Source of the DNA: an uncultured Gammaproteobacteria bacterium
GTDB taxonomy: Bacteria > Pseudomonadota > Gammaproteobacteria > UBA9214
NCBI GenBank assembly: GCA_963748215.1
Contig: CAVVHS010000006.1
Span: forward strand, 928,001-992,000
DNA: 64,000 nt
Direction: 5' to 3'
Under the pieces are notes generated by a model, which did not search any database, was not told the origin of the DNA, and saw only the letters and a list, made by a program, of their open reading frames with translations. This document shows positions 1-13,718 of this stretch, piece by piece. Each line of letters starts with the position of its first letter. Position 1 is the first letter of the stretch. The position numbers were made by a program, and so were the translations under genes.

Positions 1-151
1 GATCGATCACGCCGAGGGCGACGGCCTGCTGCAGGTTTTCCGCGCTGCGACCGGCGCCGACGATCTCCCGCACCTGCCCGGCCGCGCGCAAGGCGCGCGC
101 CAGCGAACCGCCGATCAGCCCGACACCGATGATGCACAGCCGCTTGATCAT
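1..151 (-). CDS. tyrA: Prephenate/cyclohexadienyl dehydrogenase, N-terminal part (runs off window)
   Basis: Manual translation MIKRLCIIGVGLIGGSLARALRAAG (Rossmann GxGxxG); ATG overlaps hisC stop (ATGA); standard pheA-hisC-tyrA order. Confidence 0.88.
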   Translation of the reverse strand, partial: MIKRLCIIGVGLIGGSLARALRAAGQVREIVGAGRSAENLQQAVALGVID

Positions 152-1275
152 GACAGTACCTTTTCCAGCGCTGCCAGGAAGCGCGTGTTTTCCGCGGTGC
201 TGCCGACCGTGACACGCAGGTGATTCGGCATGGCGTAGTTGGCCACCGGGCGCACGATCACGCCTTCGTGCAACAACGCCTGGTAGACCTCCGGACCCGG
301 ACGCCCCACATCAACGGCGACAAAATTGCCCGCCGATTCGATATACGGCAGCTGTTGCGCCGTGAAGCCGGCGACCAGCTGTTGCATGCCTTCGCGGTTA
401 CGGCGCACGCAAACCTGCAGGTGTTCGGTATCGTCCAGCGCGGCGAGCGCGGCGGCCTGCGCAATCATGTTGACGTTGAAGGGCTGACGCACGCGGTTGA
501 GCAGGCCGGCGACCGCGGGATGCGAGAGTGCATAACCCACGCGCAGGCCGGCGAGGCCATAGGCCTTGGAAAAGGTGCGCGTCACGATCAGGTTCGGATA
601 GCGGTCCAGCCAGCGCGAGGTGTCCGGATAGGCCGGCGTATCGACGTATTCGAAGTAGGCCTCGTCGACCACCACCAGCACGTGGTCGGGCAGCGATGCA
701 ATGAAGTCTTCCAGCTCCGCGGCGGGAAGCCAGGTGCCGGTCGGGTTGTTCGGGTTGGCGATGAAGATCACGCGCGTCCGCGCGCTGACCAGGGCGTGCA
801 TGGCCGCCAGGTCATGGCCGTAGGCCGGCCCGCGGCTGCCGTCGTGCGCCGCGGCGACGCGCGCCACGCCCCCCGCCGCCTGCACCGAGATCGGGTAGAC
901 CGCGAAGGCGAACTGTGAATAAACCGCCTCGTGCTCCGGTGTCAGGAACACCCGCGCGACCAGGTCGAGGACGTCGTTGGAACCGTTGCCCAGCGTGATA
1001 CTGCCTGGCGCGACATCGTGCAACCTCGCCAGCCGCGCGACCAGCGCGTGACCGCTGCCCTCCGGGTAGCGCGCGATACCCTGCATGGCCGCACTGCCCG
1101 CGGCAAGCGCTTTCGGGCTGGGTCCGAACGGGTTCTCGTTGGATGCCAGCTTGATGGCGTGCCGGATACCGAATTCACGCTCCAGCTCGGCGACCGGTTT
1201 GCCGGGCAGGTAGGGCTGCAGCGCGCGCACGCCGGGGGCGGCAAGGTCGATAAATTGTGTATCTGAACGTGGCAT
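148..1275 (-). CDS. hisC: Histidinol-phosphate aminotransferase (start may be 1302)
   Basis: KLASNENPFG, NPNNPTG, DEAY, RTFSKAYGLAGLRVGY motifs. Confidence 0.93.
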   Translation of the reverse strand: MPRSDTQFIDLAAPGVRALQPYLPGKPVAELEREFGIRHAIKLASNENPFGPSPKALAAGSAAMQGIARYPEGSGHALVARLARLHDVAPGSITLGNGSNDVLDLVARVFLTPEHEAVYSQFAFAVYPISVQAAGGVARVAAAHDGSRGPAYGHDLAAMHALVSARTRVIFIANPNNPTGTWLPAAELEDFIASLPDHVLVVVDEAYFEYVDTPAYPDTSRWLDRYPNLIVTRTFSKAYGLAGLRVGYALSHPAVAGLLNRVRQPFNVNMIAQAAALAALDDTEHLQVCVRRNREGMQQLVAGFTAQQLPYIESAGNFVAVDVGRPGPEVYQALLHEGVIVRPVANYAMPNHLRVTVGSTAENTRFLAALEKVLS

Positions 1276-1337
1276 TGAGTACCGCTGTTTGTTTTCAGAC
1301 ATACGCCGGGTACGTAACACGCCCCGTTGTATCGATC

Positions 1338-1447
1338 GGTGCGCAGAGCGCACCCTACTGTTAAATTAACCTGGGCAGCCGGGTGCGTTTCACGCACCAA
1401 TCTCCCAGACCGGAGACCTACCAAGCGCAGGGTGCGTTTTACGCACC
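1338..1447. repeat. Cluster of three GTAG-type REP hairpins (GGTGCG-N4-5-CGCACC)
   Basis: ggtgcgcagagcgcaccctac (1338-1358), gggtgcgtttcacgcacc (about 1381-1398), gcagggtgcgttttacgcacc (1427-1447). Confidence 0.75.
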
Positions 1448-1470
1448 ATTACTGCATGAACGGAGGCACC

Positions 1471-2553
1471 CTAGATAACCGCCCTCGGGTAGGAACCCAG
1501 CACCCTGACGGCAAACCCTTCTTTCTCCAGCGCGGTCAATGCAGCGGCCACCGGCGCCTCGTCACGGTGTCCTTCCACGTCGATGAAGAACACGTAGTCC
1601 CAGACACCCTTGCGCGACGGGCGTGACTCGATGCGCGTCATGCTGACACCGTTGCGCGCGATATGCTCCAGCATGGTGTAGAGCATGCCCGGCCTGTTCA
1701 CCACCGAGACCAGCAGCGAGGTCAGGTCATTGCCGCTTGGCAGTGCCTGCTGCTTGCCGATCACCAGGAAGCGCGTGGTGTTGTCCGGTTCGTCCTCGAT
1801 ATTGCGTGCCTGGATAGCGAGTCCGTAGAGTTCCGCCGCGGTCTCGCCGGCGATGGCCGCCACGCCCGGCTCGATGCTCGCGCGCCGCGCCGCCTCGGCA
1901 TTGCTCGCCACGGCAACGTGCTCTGCATGCGGCAGGTTGGCTTCCAGCCAGGCACGGCACTGCGCCAGCGCCTGCTGGTGCGCCATCACGCACGCGATGT
2001 CGGCAGCCGGGTCTTTCACCAGCAGGTGGTGATGGATACGCAGCTGCACCTCGCCGCAGATGTGCAGGCGCGAGGTCTGGAACAGATCGAGGGTGTGGCG
2101 CACCACGCCCTCGGTGGAATTCTCCACCGGCACCACGCCGTAATCGGCCGCACCCGACTCGACATCGCGGAACACGTCGTCGATGCCGTCCAGCGCCAGT
2201 GTGTTCACGGAATGGCCGAACTGTTTGAGTGCCGCCGCCTGGGTAAACGTCCCTTCCGGCCCGAGATAGGCGATGGTCAGCGGCTTTTCCAGCGCCAGGC
2301 AGGCGGACATGATCTCGCGGAACAGGCGCACCATCTCCTCGGCCGGCATCGGACCGGTGTTGCGCTCGCTGACGCGACGCAGCACGGCCACCTCGCGCTC
2401 CGGACGGTAGAAGTGCGTGTCAGCACCCTCGGCCACCTTCACGGCAGCGACCGCCTTGGCACAGGCAGCACGCTCGTTGATCAACAGCTGGATCTCCTCG
2501 TCCAGCACGTCGATACGCTTGCGCAGCTGCTCCAGCTTGCCGTCGGCATTCAT
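1471..2553 (-). CDS. pheA: Chorismate mutase/prephenate dehydratase (P-protein)
   Basis: LRKRIDVLD CM domain, YLGPEGTF, VPVENSTEG, NTTRF, C-terminal ACT domain (IESRP). Confidence 0.95.
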   Translation of the reverse strand: MNADGKLEQLRKRIDVLDEEIQLLINERAACAKAVAAVKVAEGADTHFYRPEREVAVLRRVSERNTGPMPAEEMVRLFREIMSACLALEKPLTIAYLGPEGTFTQAAALKQFGHSVNTLALDGIDDVFRDVESGAADYGVVPVENSTEGVVRHTLDLFQTSRLHICGEVQLRIHHHLLVKDPAADIACVMAHQQALAQCRAWLEANLPHAEHVAVASNAEAARRASIEPGVAAIAGETAAELYGLAIQARNIEDEPDNTTRFLVIGKQQALPSGNDLTSLLVSVVNRPGMLYTMLEHIARNGVSMTRIESRPSRKGVWDYVFFIDVEGHRDEAPVAAALTALEKEGFAVRVLGSYPRAVI

Positions 2554-2590
2554 GGCGTCGATAGTACCGGATCAGGCGCTGATTGGCAGC

Positions 2591-3757
2591 CTAGAGCGCG
2601 CGCACATTCAGCACACCCTTGATCGCGGAAATTTTATCCAGGCAGCCCGGCTGCGGCGCGGAATCGACATCCACCAGCGTATAGGCCAGTTCGCCTCGCG
2701 ACTTGTTGAGCATGTCGAGGATGTTGAGGCCGGACTCGGCCATGCAGGTGGAGATCTGGCCGAGCATGTTGGGCACGTTCTCGTTGACGATCGCCACACG
2801 GAAGCCCTCGCTGCGCGGCATCATCATCTCGGGAAAATTGACCGAGTTGCGTACATTGCCGTTTTCCAGGTACTCGCGCACCTCCTCGGCGACCATGACG
2901 GCGCAGTTTTCCTCCGCCTGCAGCGTGGAAGCGCCGAGGTGCGGCAACGTAATCACACGCGGATGATTCTTCAGTCAGGTTGCTCGGGAAATCGCACACG
3001 TAGGCATAGAGCTTCCCGGCATCGATGGCCTCGACCACCGCCGCGTCGTCGACCACGCCGTCACGCGAGAAATTCAGCACCACGAGGTTTTTGCGAACAC
3101 GCCGGAGCCGCTCGCGCGTTGATCAGCTTGCGGGTCTCGTCGATCAGCGGCACGTGGAAGGTGACGAAATCGACATTGGCCAGCAGGTCCTCGATGCTGG
3201 TCGCCTGGCGTACCTGCGCGGACATCTCCCAGGCGCGCTGCACCGTGATGTCCGGATCGAAACCGATCACGTTCATGCCCAGCGCCAGCGCCCCGTTGGC
3301 GACCTGCACGCCGATCGCACCCAGGCCGACGACGCCCAGCGTCTTGCCGGGCAGCTCGAAACCGACGAACTGTTTCTTGCCGGCCTCGACCGCCTTGTGA
3401 ATGCCGGCGTCATCGCCGTCCAGCGTACGCGCGAAATCCCACGCCTGGCAGATGTTGCGCGAGGCCAGCAGCATGCCGGCGATCACCAGTTCCTTGACGG
3501 CGTTGGCGTTGGCGCCGGGCGCATTGAACACCGGGATGCCGGCTCCGCTCATGCGTTCCACGGGGATGTTGTTGACACCGGCACCGGCGCGGCCGACCGC
3601 CTTCACCGACGGCGGTATCTCCATGTCGTGCATGTTGAAGGAGCGCAGCAGGATGGCGTCCGGGTGCTGGATTTCCGAGGCGACCTCATAGCGACTCGCG
3701 CGGCAGACGTTCCAGACCGAGCGGGGAAATATTGTTGAGTGTGAGAATCTTGTACAT
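2591..3757 (-). CDS. serA: D-3-phosphoglycerate dehydrogenase, frameshifted in this sequence (about 3 shifts)
   Basis: Pieces in different frames: MYKILTLNNISPLGLERLP; RAGAGVNNIP..PGANANAVKEL..GLGAIG..FHVPL; NFSRDG..YVCDFP; LPHLGASTLQAEENCA plus ACT domain. Confidence 0.88.
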
Positions 3758-3809
3758 GCGGTGCATGTTCTGTCACTAGCGATCGTGGCTGAAACGCATC
3801 CGGCAATGC

Positions 3810-4892
3810 TCAGCCGTGGCTGCGCTCGAATTCCTCCATGAAGCCGATCAGCGCATCGACGCCGGCTTCCGGCATGGCATTGTAGATGCTGGCGCGCATG
3901 CCGCCGACCGAGCGGTGACCCTTGAGGTTGAGCAGTCCGGCTTCCCTGGCAGCGGACAGGAAATCGCCGTCCAGGTCGGGGTTGGCCAGCGTGAACGGCA
4001 CATTCATCCACGAACGGCAGGCCGGGTCGACCGGGCTGCGGTAGAAATCCGAGGCATCGATCGCGTCGTAGAGACGTTGCGCCTTGCGCCGGTTGATCTC
4101 CGCCATGGCCGCGAGGCCGCCCTGCCCCTTCAGCCACTCGAACACCAGGCCGGCCAGGTACCAGGCGAAGGTCGGCGGCGTGTTGAACATGGAGCCATTG
4201 TCGGCATGCGCCTGGTAATCGAACATCGACGGCGTGCCGGGCAGCGTGGTCCCGATCAGGTCGTCGCGCACGATCACCACCGTCAGGCCGGCCGGGCCGA
4301 TGTTCTTCTGCGCGCCGGCGTAGATCAGGCCGTAACGTGACACATCGACGGCCGCGAGAGGATGGTCGAAGACATGTCCGCGACCAGCGGCACATCACCG
4401 GTATCCGGGATTTCGTGAAACTCGACACCGCCGATGGTCTCGTTCGGCGTGTAGTGCACGTAGGCCGCCCGGGCATTCAGCTGCCAGCTGTCGAACGCCG
4501 GGATGGTGGTGAACTTGCTGTCCGCCGAACTGGCCGCAACGTTCACCTCGCAAAAGCGCTGCGCCTCGGCGATCGCCTTCTTCGACCAGGCGCCGGTATT
4601 GATATAGTCCGCCTGCGTTGCTCCGCGCAGCAGGTTCATCGGCACCATGGCAAACTGGCTGGTCGCGCCACCCTGCAGGAACAGCACCTTGTAGTTGTCG
4701 GGAATCGCCAGCAGCTCGCGCAGATCTGCCTCGGCCTGCGCGGCGATCGACAGGAATTCCTTGCTGCGGTGACTCATCTCCATCACCGACATGCCGGTAC
4801 CGTGCCAGTCCAGCAACTCGTCGCGCGCCTGGTGCAGCACGGTCTTGCGGCAGCACTGCCGGCCCGGCGCTGAAATTGAATACGTCAGACAT
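3810..4892 (-). CDS. serC: Phosphoserine aminotransferase, frameshifted (2 shifts)
   Basis: [15 protein letters not shown]; [25 protein letters not shown]; [31 protein letters not shown] across three frames. Confidence 0.92.
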
Positions 4893-4927
4893 GTGAACCC
4901 TGCTGGATGTAAATGTGGCTGTTGAAA

Positions 4928-7516
<2,589 letters not shown>

Positions 7517-7696
7517 TCAGACGGGTTCCGTACGCCCCTGCTGCGGTGGTTCAGGGCGGGTTATTCTGCCTGACGGCAGCTACAGCGTTAAAGCCGGACA
7601 TTTTAGCATAGCCGTCTCCCCCACTACACCTGGAGAATGTCGATTTCTGGAGCGACTGGGGCGGTTTGCGGCCCGCGCCGGCAGCAGGGCCGAATT

Positions 7697-8749
7697 TCAG
7701 CCGGCCGAGTGCCGTGCGGCGAAGCTGCGCAGCTGTTCGCGGTCCGGGGCCGCAATCACCCCGGCCTCGGTGACCAGGTAGTCGACCAGCCCGGCCGGCG
7801 TCACGTCGAACACGGGGTTCCAGGCCGCCGCCCCGCTCGCCGCCACCGGCTGGCCGGCCAGAGTCAGGATTTCGCTGGCCGGCCGCTCCTCGATCACCAC
7901 CTGCTGCCCGTCCGGCATGGCCATGTCCAGTGTCGACAGCGGCGCCGCGACCATCATTTTCACGCCGTGGAAGCGGCACGCCACTGCCAGCTGGTAGGTA
8001 CCGATCTTGTTGATGACATCGCCGTTCGCCGCGACACGGTCGGCGCCGGTGATGACCCATTGCACCTTGCCGCGCTGCATGAGAAAGGCCGCGGCATTGT
8101 CCGTGATCAGCGTGACCGGGATACCGTCGCGGACCAGCTCCCAGGCCGTCAACCGCGCCCCCTGCAGCCACGGGCGTGTCTCGCCGGCATAGACCGCGGC
8201 CAGCTTCCCCGCCGCCCAGGCACTGCGCACCACGCCCAGTGCGGTACCGTAGCCGCCGGTGGCAAGCGACCCGGTATTACAGTAGGTCAGCACGGCATCG
8301 CCCGCGTTGATCAACGCCGCGCCGGCATCCCCCATGCGGCGGTTGGCCTGGACATCCTCGTCGTGGATGGCCCGGGCAGCCGCCAGCAGCGACGGCACCG
8401 GCCGCTCGCCGGCCGCCTCCAGTGCCGCCTGCATGCGCTGCAGCGCCCACACCAGGTTGACGGCAGTCGGGCGCGCCGCCGCCAGGGCCTGGATATCCCG
8501 CGCCACCTCCGCACGCCAGTCGGCCGGCGACGACTGCAGGTGCTGCTGCACCGACAGCACCACGGCATAGGCGGCCGTGATGCCGATCGCGGGCGCGCCG
8601 CGCACCACCAGGTCACGGATCGCCTGTGCGACAGCGGGGGCGTCGGTGAGCAACAGGTATTCTTCACGCGCCGGCAACAGGCGCTGGTCGAGCAGGCGCA
8701 GACCGGCATCGGTCCACTCAATGGCATGGAATTCTGGCTGTACGGACAT
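7697..8749 (-). CDS. mtnA: S-methyl-5-thioribose-1-phosphate isomerase
   Basis: [57 protein letters not shown]. Confidence 0.94.
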   Translation of the reverse strand: MSVQPEFHAIEWTDAGLRLLDQRLLPAREEYLLLTDAPAVAQAIRDLVVRGAPAIGITAAYAVVLSVQQHLQSSPADWRAEVARDIQALAAARPTAVNLVWALQRMQAALEAAGERPVPSLLAAARAIHDEDVQANRRMGDAGAALINAGDAVLTYCNTGSLATGGYGTALGVVRSAWAAGKLAAVYAGETRPWLQGARLTAWELVRDGIPVTLITDNAAAFLMQRGKVQWVITGADRVAANGDVINKIGTYQLAVACRFHGVKMMVAAPLSTLDMAMPDGQQVVIEERPASEILTLAGQPVAASGAAAWNPVFDVTPAGLVDYLVTEAGVIAAPDREQLRSFAARHSAG

Positions 8750-9133
8750 GTGGCTGGAAAACTCGCTGGCGATGGCGGGGCATCATTGTACTGATTTAAT
8801 CCGGGAATGGAGATCCGGGCAGAGCTGGCAGCGGGACACAAAGGCGTCTAGAATTGCCATGACTAAAACAGGGTTGGTGATACCGGTCATTGCTAGCGGA
8901 TTTAACGATTGTTGCATGCCCGCAACACATCGATCGATATGTGGTTTTTTTGAAAATTGCTGTTGCATTTTTGCATTTCCGTGTTGTAAAGTGCGCACCA
9001 GCAATGGCAAGACCTAGGTTTTCAACCATTCTTCCTTGAATGAGGCAATCAGATCCACGAGAATGCCGGACCGATTTTAAATTCTTTCAAAACCAGATTT
9101 TTTTATTATCAAAACCACAGGAGTGGCTATCCA

Positions 9134-9760
9134 ATGAACAACAACCTGAAACTCGGCGGAGTGATTACGGCAATTGCAGCCGGCGTGCTTTTCGCAAGCA
9201 CCGCCACGGCACATGAGGCCGGCCAGGCCAACGCCGGTTATGTCGGCGACAACAGCGGTCACTACATCACGGACAGCAACGGCAACTGCGTGAAGACCGG
9301 TTCCTGGAACGAGGACATGATGACGGTCGATTGCGGCGCCCCGGCACCGGTTGAGGCCAAGGCCCCGCCACCACCGCCGGCCCCGCCACCTGCACCGACC
9401 TACGAGACGGTGACGCTGTCGTCCAAGGCCCTGTTTGCCCATGACAAGTCCAACCTGCGGCCGGAAGGCATGGCGCAGCTGGACGACCTGGCCGACAAGA
9501 TCAAACGTGACGACCGCGTCGTCGACGTGAAGGTCGTCGGCCACACCGACAGCTCCGGCAGCGAGGCCTACAACCAGGCTCTGTCGGTACGTCGCGCCAC
9601 TACCGTGCGTGACTACCTGGCCACCAAGGGTGTGGACCCCAACCTGATGTCGGTCAGCGGCATGGGTGAATCCAGCCCGGTTACCAGCAACGCGACCAAG
9701 GCAGGCCGCGCCGAGAACCGCCGCGTGGAAGTCAGCATCGGCGTACAACGCAAGCAGTAA
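9134..9760 (+). CDS. OmpA/RmpM-like peptidoglycan-binding protein
   Basis: Signal peptide, Pro-rich linker, GHTDSSGSEAYNQALSVRRA, NRRVEV. Confidence 0.9.
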   Translation: MNNNLKLGGVITAIAAGVLFASTATAHEAGQANAGYVGDNSGHYITDSNGNCVKTGSWNEDMMTVDCGAPAPVEAKAPPPPPAPPPAPTYETVTLSSKALFAHDKSNLRPEGMAQLDDLADKIKRDDRVVDVKVVGHTDSSGSEAYNQALSVRRATTVRDYLATKGVDPNLMSVSGMGESSPVTSNATKAGRAENRRVEVSIGVQRKQ

Positions 9761-9778
9761 TTCTATTGTCGCAACACC

Positions 9779-9811
9779 AACCCATCGCCCGCAAGGGCGA
9801 TGGGTTTTTTA
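9779..9811 (+). terminator. Rho-independent terminator
   Basis: aacccatcgccc-gcaa-gggcgatgggtt followed by T run. Confidence 0.85.
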
Positions 9812-9816
9812 TTGTC

Positions 9817-9982
9817 CAGGAGTCTGTCGGACTTGGGTGATCGTAGCGAGCATGATGGGCGAGTGAGTACAGATTTTCACGATTTCAAGGCGCATAGTCA
9901 TTCTACGCAACGAGAAATCGGGGGAATATGGGCCGCTCTCCCATCAGCGCAGTAGATTAATCCCAAGTCCGACAGACTCCTG
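9817..9982. mobile_element. 166-bp MITE-like element with perfect 21-bp terminal inverted repeats
   Basis: caggagtctgtcggacttggg (9817-9837) and cccaagtccgacagactcctg (9962-9982); non-coding interior with partial self-complementarity. Confidence 0.8.
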
Positions 9983-10001
9983 ATAACGGGGGAGTTAACG
10001 T

Positions 10002-10823
10002 ATGGACCTGCAGAAATTCGTGGACCCGGAGATGGTCAACACCTATCTCGTTCCCTGGAGCCTGCGCATCATCATGGCGCTGGTCGTCTTTGTCATCGGA
10101 CGCTGGGTCGCGAAAGTGGTGGTACGCATTATCGAACGCATGATGAAGAAGGCGCGCATGGACGACATGCTGACCGCGTTCCTCGGCAATATCCTCTACA
10201 CCGTACTGCTGCTGGTGGTGGTGATCGCCGCGCTCGACCAGCTCGGCGTACAGACCACTTCGCTGCTGGCTGTCTTCGGCGCCGCCGGCCTGGCCATCGG
10301 TCTTGCCCTCAAGGACTCGCTGGCGAACTTCTCCTCCGGCGTGCTGCTCATCATCTTCCGCCCCTTCAAGGTCGGCGACTTCATCGAGGCCGCAGGCCAG
10401 TCCGGCGTGGTGGAGGAAGTGCGCATCTTCAGCACCGTCTTGCGTACCGGCGACAACCGCGAAATCATCGTACCCAACGGCCACATCTACGGCGGCCCGA
10501 TCGTGAATTACTCCGCACGCGCCACACGGCGTATCGACCTGGTCATGGGCATTGGCTACGATGATGATATCCGCAAGGCAAAACAGCTGATCGTAGAGGC
10601 CTTCGCCGCAGATGACCGTATACTCAAGGACCCGGCACCGGCGGTATCGGTGGCCGAGCTGGCCGACAGCAGCATCAACCTGAACGTCCGCCCGTGGGTC
10701 AACTCGGCGGAGTACTGGAATGTGCGCTCCGACCTGCTGCAGAACATCAAGCAGTCGTTCGACGCCAATGGCATCAGCATCCCCTACCCGCAGCGGGATG
10801 TGCACATGCACAACGTTGCCTGA
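10002..10823 (+). CDS. mscS: Small-conductance mechanosensitive channel
   Basis: Three TM segments, GAAGLAIGLALKDSLANFSSG, RPFKVGDFIE, IPYPQRDVH. Confidence 0.93.
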   Translation: MDLQKFVDPEMVNTYLVPWSLRIIMALVVFVIGRWVAKVVVRIIERMMKKARMDDMLTAFLGNILYTVLLLVVVIAALDQLGVQTTSLLAVFGAAGLAIGLALKDSLANFSSGVLLIIFRPFKVGDFIEAAGQSGVVEEVRIFSTVLRTGDNREIIVPNGHIYGGPIVNYSARATRRIDLVMGIGYDDDIRKAKQLIVEAFAADDRILKDPAPAVSVAELADSSINLNVRPWVNSAEYWNVRSDLLQNIKQSFDANGISIPYPQRDVHMHNVA

Positions 10824-10924
10824 ACGGCAGGCGGCCGGCGACACGCCCGCGTGTCGCCGGCTATCTGCGCCCTGCCCGTCTCCGTTATACTCGGCCTTCC
10901 TGAAGCTGTTTCCGGAACCCGGGC

Positions 10925-12244
10925 ATGACTACAGTCGACACCCTCATCCACGGCCGCTGGATCGCACCGGTCGAGCCGGACAACACGCTGCACGAACACC
11001 ACAGCCTGGTCGTGCATGAAGGTCGCATCGTCGACCTGCTGCCAACCGACCAGGCACGCACCCGCTACACGGCCGACAACGAACATGAACGCGACCGGCA
11101 CCTGCTGATACCGGGCCTGGTAAACGCACACACCCATGCCGCCATGTCGCTGCTGCGCGGGCTCGCCGATGACCTGCCGCTCCACGACTGGCTCAACAAC
11201 CATATCTGGCCGGCGGAATCGCGCTGGGTCAACGAGGAATTCGTGCACGACGGCGTGCAGCTCGCCATCGCCGAGATGCTGCGCTGCGGCACCACCTGCT
11301 TCAACGACATGTACTATTTTCCCGACGTCACCGCACGTGTCGCCGTCAGTTGCGGGATGCGCGCCTGCGTCGGGCTGATCGTGCTCGACTTCCCCACCGT
11401 GTGGGCGGGTGACGCCAACGAGTACATTTCCAAGGGACTTGCGGTGCACGATCACTACCGCAGCGACCCGCTGATCCGGACGCTGTTCGCGCCGCATGCG
11501 CCGTACACGGTGTCCGATGCACCGCTGCAGCATATCCGCGTGCTCACCGACGAACTGGACATCGGCATACACATGCACGTACACGAAACGGCCGAGGAAA
11601 TCGACAAGGCCGTGGAGCTCACGGGCAAACGGCCGCTGGCCCGCCTGCACGAGCTCGGGCTGATCGCACCCAACATGATGGCCGTGCACATGACCCGGCT
11701 GTCGACACGGGAAATCGCCGACTTCGCCGTCGCCGGCGGGCACGTCGTGCACTGCCCGGAATCGAATCTCAAGCTCGCCAGCGGTCTGGCGCCGGTGCAG
11801 GCGCTGCTTGCGGCGGGCGTCAACGTCGCGCTGGGCACGGACGGCGCCGCCAGCAACAACGACCTCGACATGATCGGCGAAATGCGCACCGCCGCCCTGC
11901 TCGGCAAGATGGTGGCGAACGACGCCAGCGCGCTGCCGGCGCACGCCGTGCTGCGCATGGCGACGCTGAATGGCGCCCGGGCGCTGGGGCTGGGTAACGA
12001 GACCGGCTCGCTGGTCAGGGGCAAGTGGGCTGACGTTGCCGCCGTCAACCTGGACACGCTCGAGGCCCGGCCGCTGTATGACCCGGTATCCCAGCTGGTC
12101 TATACCTGCGGACGCGAACAGGTCACCGACGTGTGGGTGGCCGGCCAGCAACTGCTGAAAAGCCGGCGCCTCACGACGCTGGACGATAATGATATCCTTG
12201 CACGCACGCTTGAATGGCAGGCACGGATCGGATCAAACGCATGA
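10925..12244 (+). CDS. mtaD: TRZ/ATZ-family amidohydrolase (MTA/SAH deaminase-like)
   Basis: PGLVNAHTH, PHAPYT, HMHVHET, HCPESNLKLASG, GTDGAASNNDLD; conserved position near mtnA and ubiG. Confidence 0.85.
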   Translation: MTTVDTLIHGRWIAPVEPDNTLHEHHSLVVHEGRIVDLLPTDQARTRYTADNEHERDRHLLIPGLVNAHTHAAMSLLRGLADDLPLHDWLNNHIWPAESRWVNEEFVHDGVQLAIAEMLRCGTTCFNDMYYFPDVTARVAVSCGMRACVGLIVLDFPTVWAGDANEYISKGLAVHDHYRSDPLIRTLFAPHAPYTVSDAPLQHIRVLTDELDIGIHMHVHETAEEIDKAVELTGKRPLARLHELGLIAPNMMAVHMTRLSTREIADFAVAGGHVVHCPESNLKLASGLAPVQALLAAGVNVALGTDGAASNNDLDMIGEMRTAALLGKMVANDASALPAHAVLRMATLNGARALGLGNETGSLVRGKWADVAAVNLDTLEARPLYDPVSQLVYTCGREQVTDVWVAGQQLLKSRRLTTLDDNDILARTLEWQARIGSNA

Positions 12245-12948
12245 ACGAGGCAGTACACAACGTCGATCCCGACGAGATCGGGAAATTCGAGAAACTGGCC
12301 AGCCGCTGGTGGGACCCGCACAGCGAATTCAAGCCTCTGCACGACATCAACCCCTTGCGGCTCGATTATATCGATGCGCTGGTGCCGCTGGCCGGCAAGC
12401 GCGTGATCGACGTCGGCTGCGGCGGCGGCCTGCTCACCGAGGGCATGGCGGCACGCGGCGCCGAGGTCACCGGCATCGACATGGGCGAGGCACCGCTCAG
12501 CGTGGCGCGTCTGCACCAGCACGAGTCCGGCCTGGCAATCGACTACCAGCAGGCCACCGCCGAGCACATGGCCACCCGGCATGCCGGCGAATTCGATGTC
12601 GTCACCTGCCTGGAAATGCTCGAGCATGTACCCGACCCGGCCGCGACCATCGCTGCCTGCGCAGCGCTGCTGAAGGACGATGGCCTTATCGTGCTGTCGA
12701 CCATCAACCGCAACCCCAAGTCCTACCTGTTCGCCGTGATCGGTGCGGAATATCTGCTGCGGCTGCTGCCGAAAGGCACGCACGACTATGCGAAATTCAT
12801 CCGTCCCTCCGAGATGGAGGCCTGGGCGCGCGCAGCCGGCCTGCAACTGACGGACCTCACCGGCATGAGCTACAACCCGCTCACGCAGGAATACCGGCTC
12901 GGCAGCGATGTCTCGGTAAATTACCTCGCCGCGTTCCGCAAGGCCTGA
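12241..12948 (+). CDS. ubiG: Ubiquinone biosynthesis O-methyltransferase
   Basis: WWDPHSEFKPLHDINPLR, DVGCGGGLL, CLEMLEHVPDP, LPKGTH. Confidence 0.95.
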   Translation: MNEAVHNVDPDEIGKFEKLASRWWDPHSEFKPLHDINPLRLDYIDALVPLAGKRVIDVGCGGGLLTEGMAARGAEVTGIDMGEAPLSVARLHQHESGLAIDYQQATAEHMATRHAGEFDVVTCLEMLEHVPDPAATIAACAALLKDDGLIVLSTINRNPKSYLFAVIGAEYLLRLLPKGTHDYAKFIRPSEMEAWARAAGLQLTDLTGMSYNPLTQEYRLGSDVSVNYLAAFRKA

Positions 12949-13661
12949 TGTCCGGCACCGCGTTCACCCCCGCCGCGGGCACCGGGCCGGTATGCATTCG
13001 TACCGTGCTGTTCGACCTCGACGGCACCCTGCTCGACACCGCGCCCGACCTGGCCGATGCGCTGAACACGGTACTGGTCGAACAAAACCATCCGCCGCTG
13101 CCCTTCGATGCCATCCGGCCGGTGGTCTCGCACGGCGGCATCGCCCTCATCGAGCTGGGTTTCCGGCTGGCGCGCAGCGATCCGGCCTTCGAGCCGCTGC
13201 GGCAGCGACTGCTGGAGGTCTACCGCGCCAACCTGTCCGGCAAGACGCGGCCCTTCGCGGGTACGGAGACCCTGCTCGATGCACTGGAGGCACGCGGACT
13301 GAACTGGGGCGTGGTGACCAACAAGCCGGGCTGGCTGACTGAGCCGCTACTGCAGGATCTCGGACTGTTCGAGCGCGCCGCCTGCGTGGTCAGCGGTGAC
13401 ACCCTCGCGGAACGCAAGCCGAACCCGGCACCCATGCTGCTGGCCTGCCGGCAGGCCGGATCGGAACCGGCGCAATGCGTCTACATCGGTGACGCACAGC
13501 GCGATGTCGAAGCCGGCAGGAATGCCGGCATGCACACACTGGTTGCGCTGTTCGGTTATCTCCAGGCGCAGGACGACCCGCACGCCTGGCAGGCCAGCGG
13601 CATGATCAACACCCCCGCCGAGGTGCTCGACTGGCTCGATCGGGTCGCGCAACAGGACTAG
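12948..13661 (+). CDS. gph: HAD-IA phosphatase (Gph/MupP-like)
   Basis: LFDLDGTLLDTAPDL, VVTNKP, KPNPAP, YIGDAQRD; ATG overlaps ubiG TGA; same slot as Pseudomonas mupP. Confidence 0.8.
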   Translation: MSGTAFTPAAGTGPVCIRTVLFDLDGTLLDTAPDLADALNTVLVEQNHPPLPFDAIRPVVSHGGIALIELGFRLARSDPAFEPLRQRLLEVYRANLSGKTRPFAGTETLLDALEARGLNWGVVTNKPGWLTEPLLQDLGLFERAACVVSGDTLAERKPNPAPMLLACRQAGSEPAQCVYIGDAQRDVEAGRNAGMHTLVALFGYLQAQDDPHAWQASGMINTPAEVLDWLDRVAQQD

Positions 13662-13718
13662 CCATGGCGCCGGCCGCGTAGCCGGCCTGTTAGGTGGTAT
13701 CATTCATGTCCATGCACG

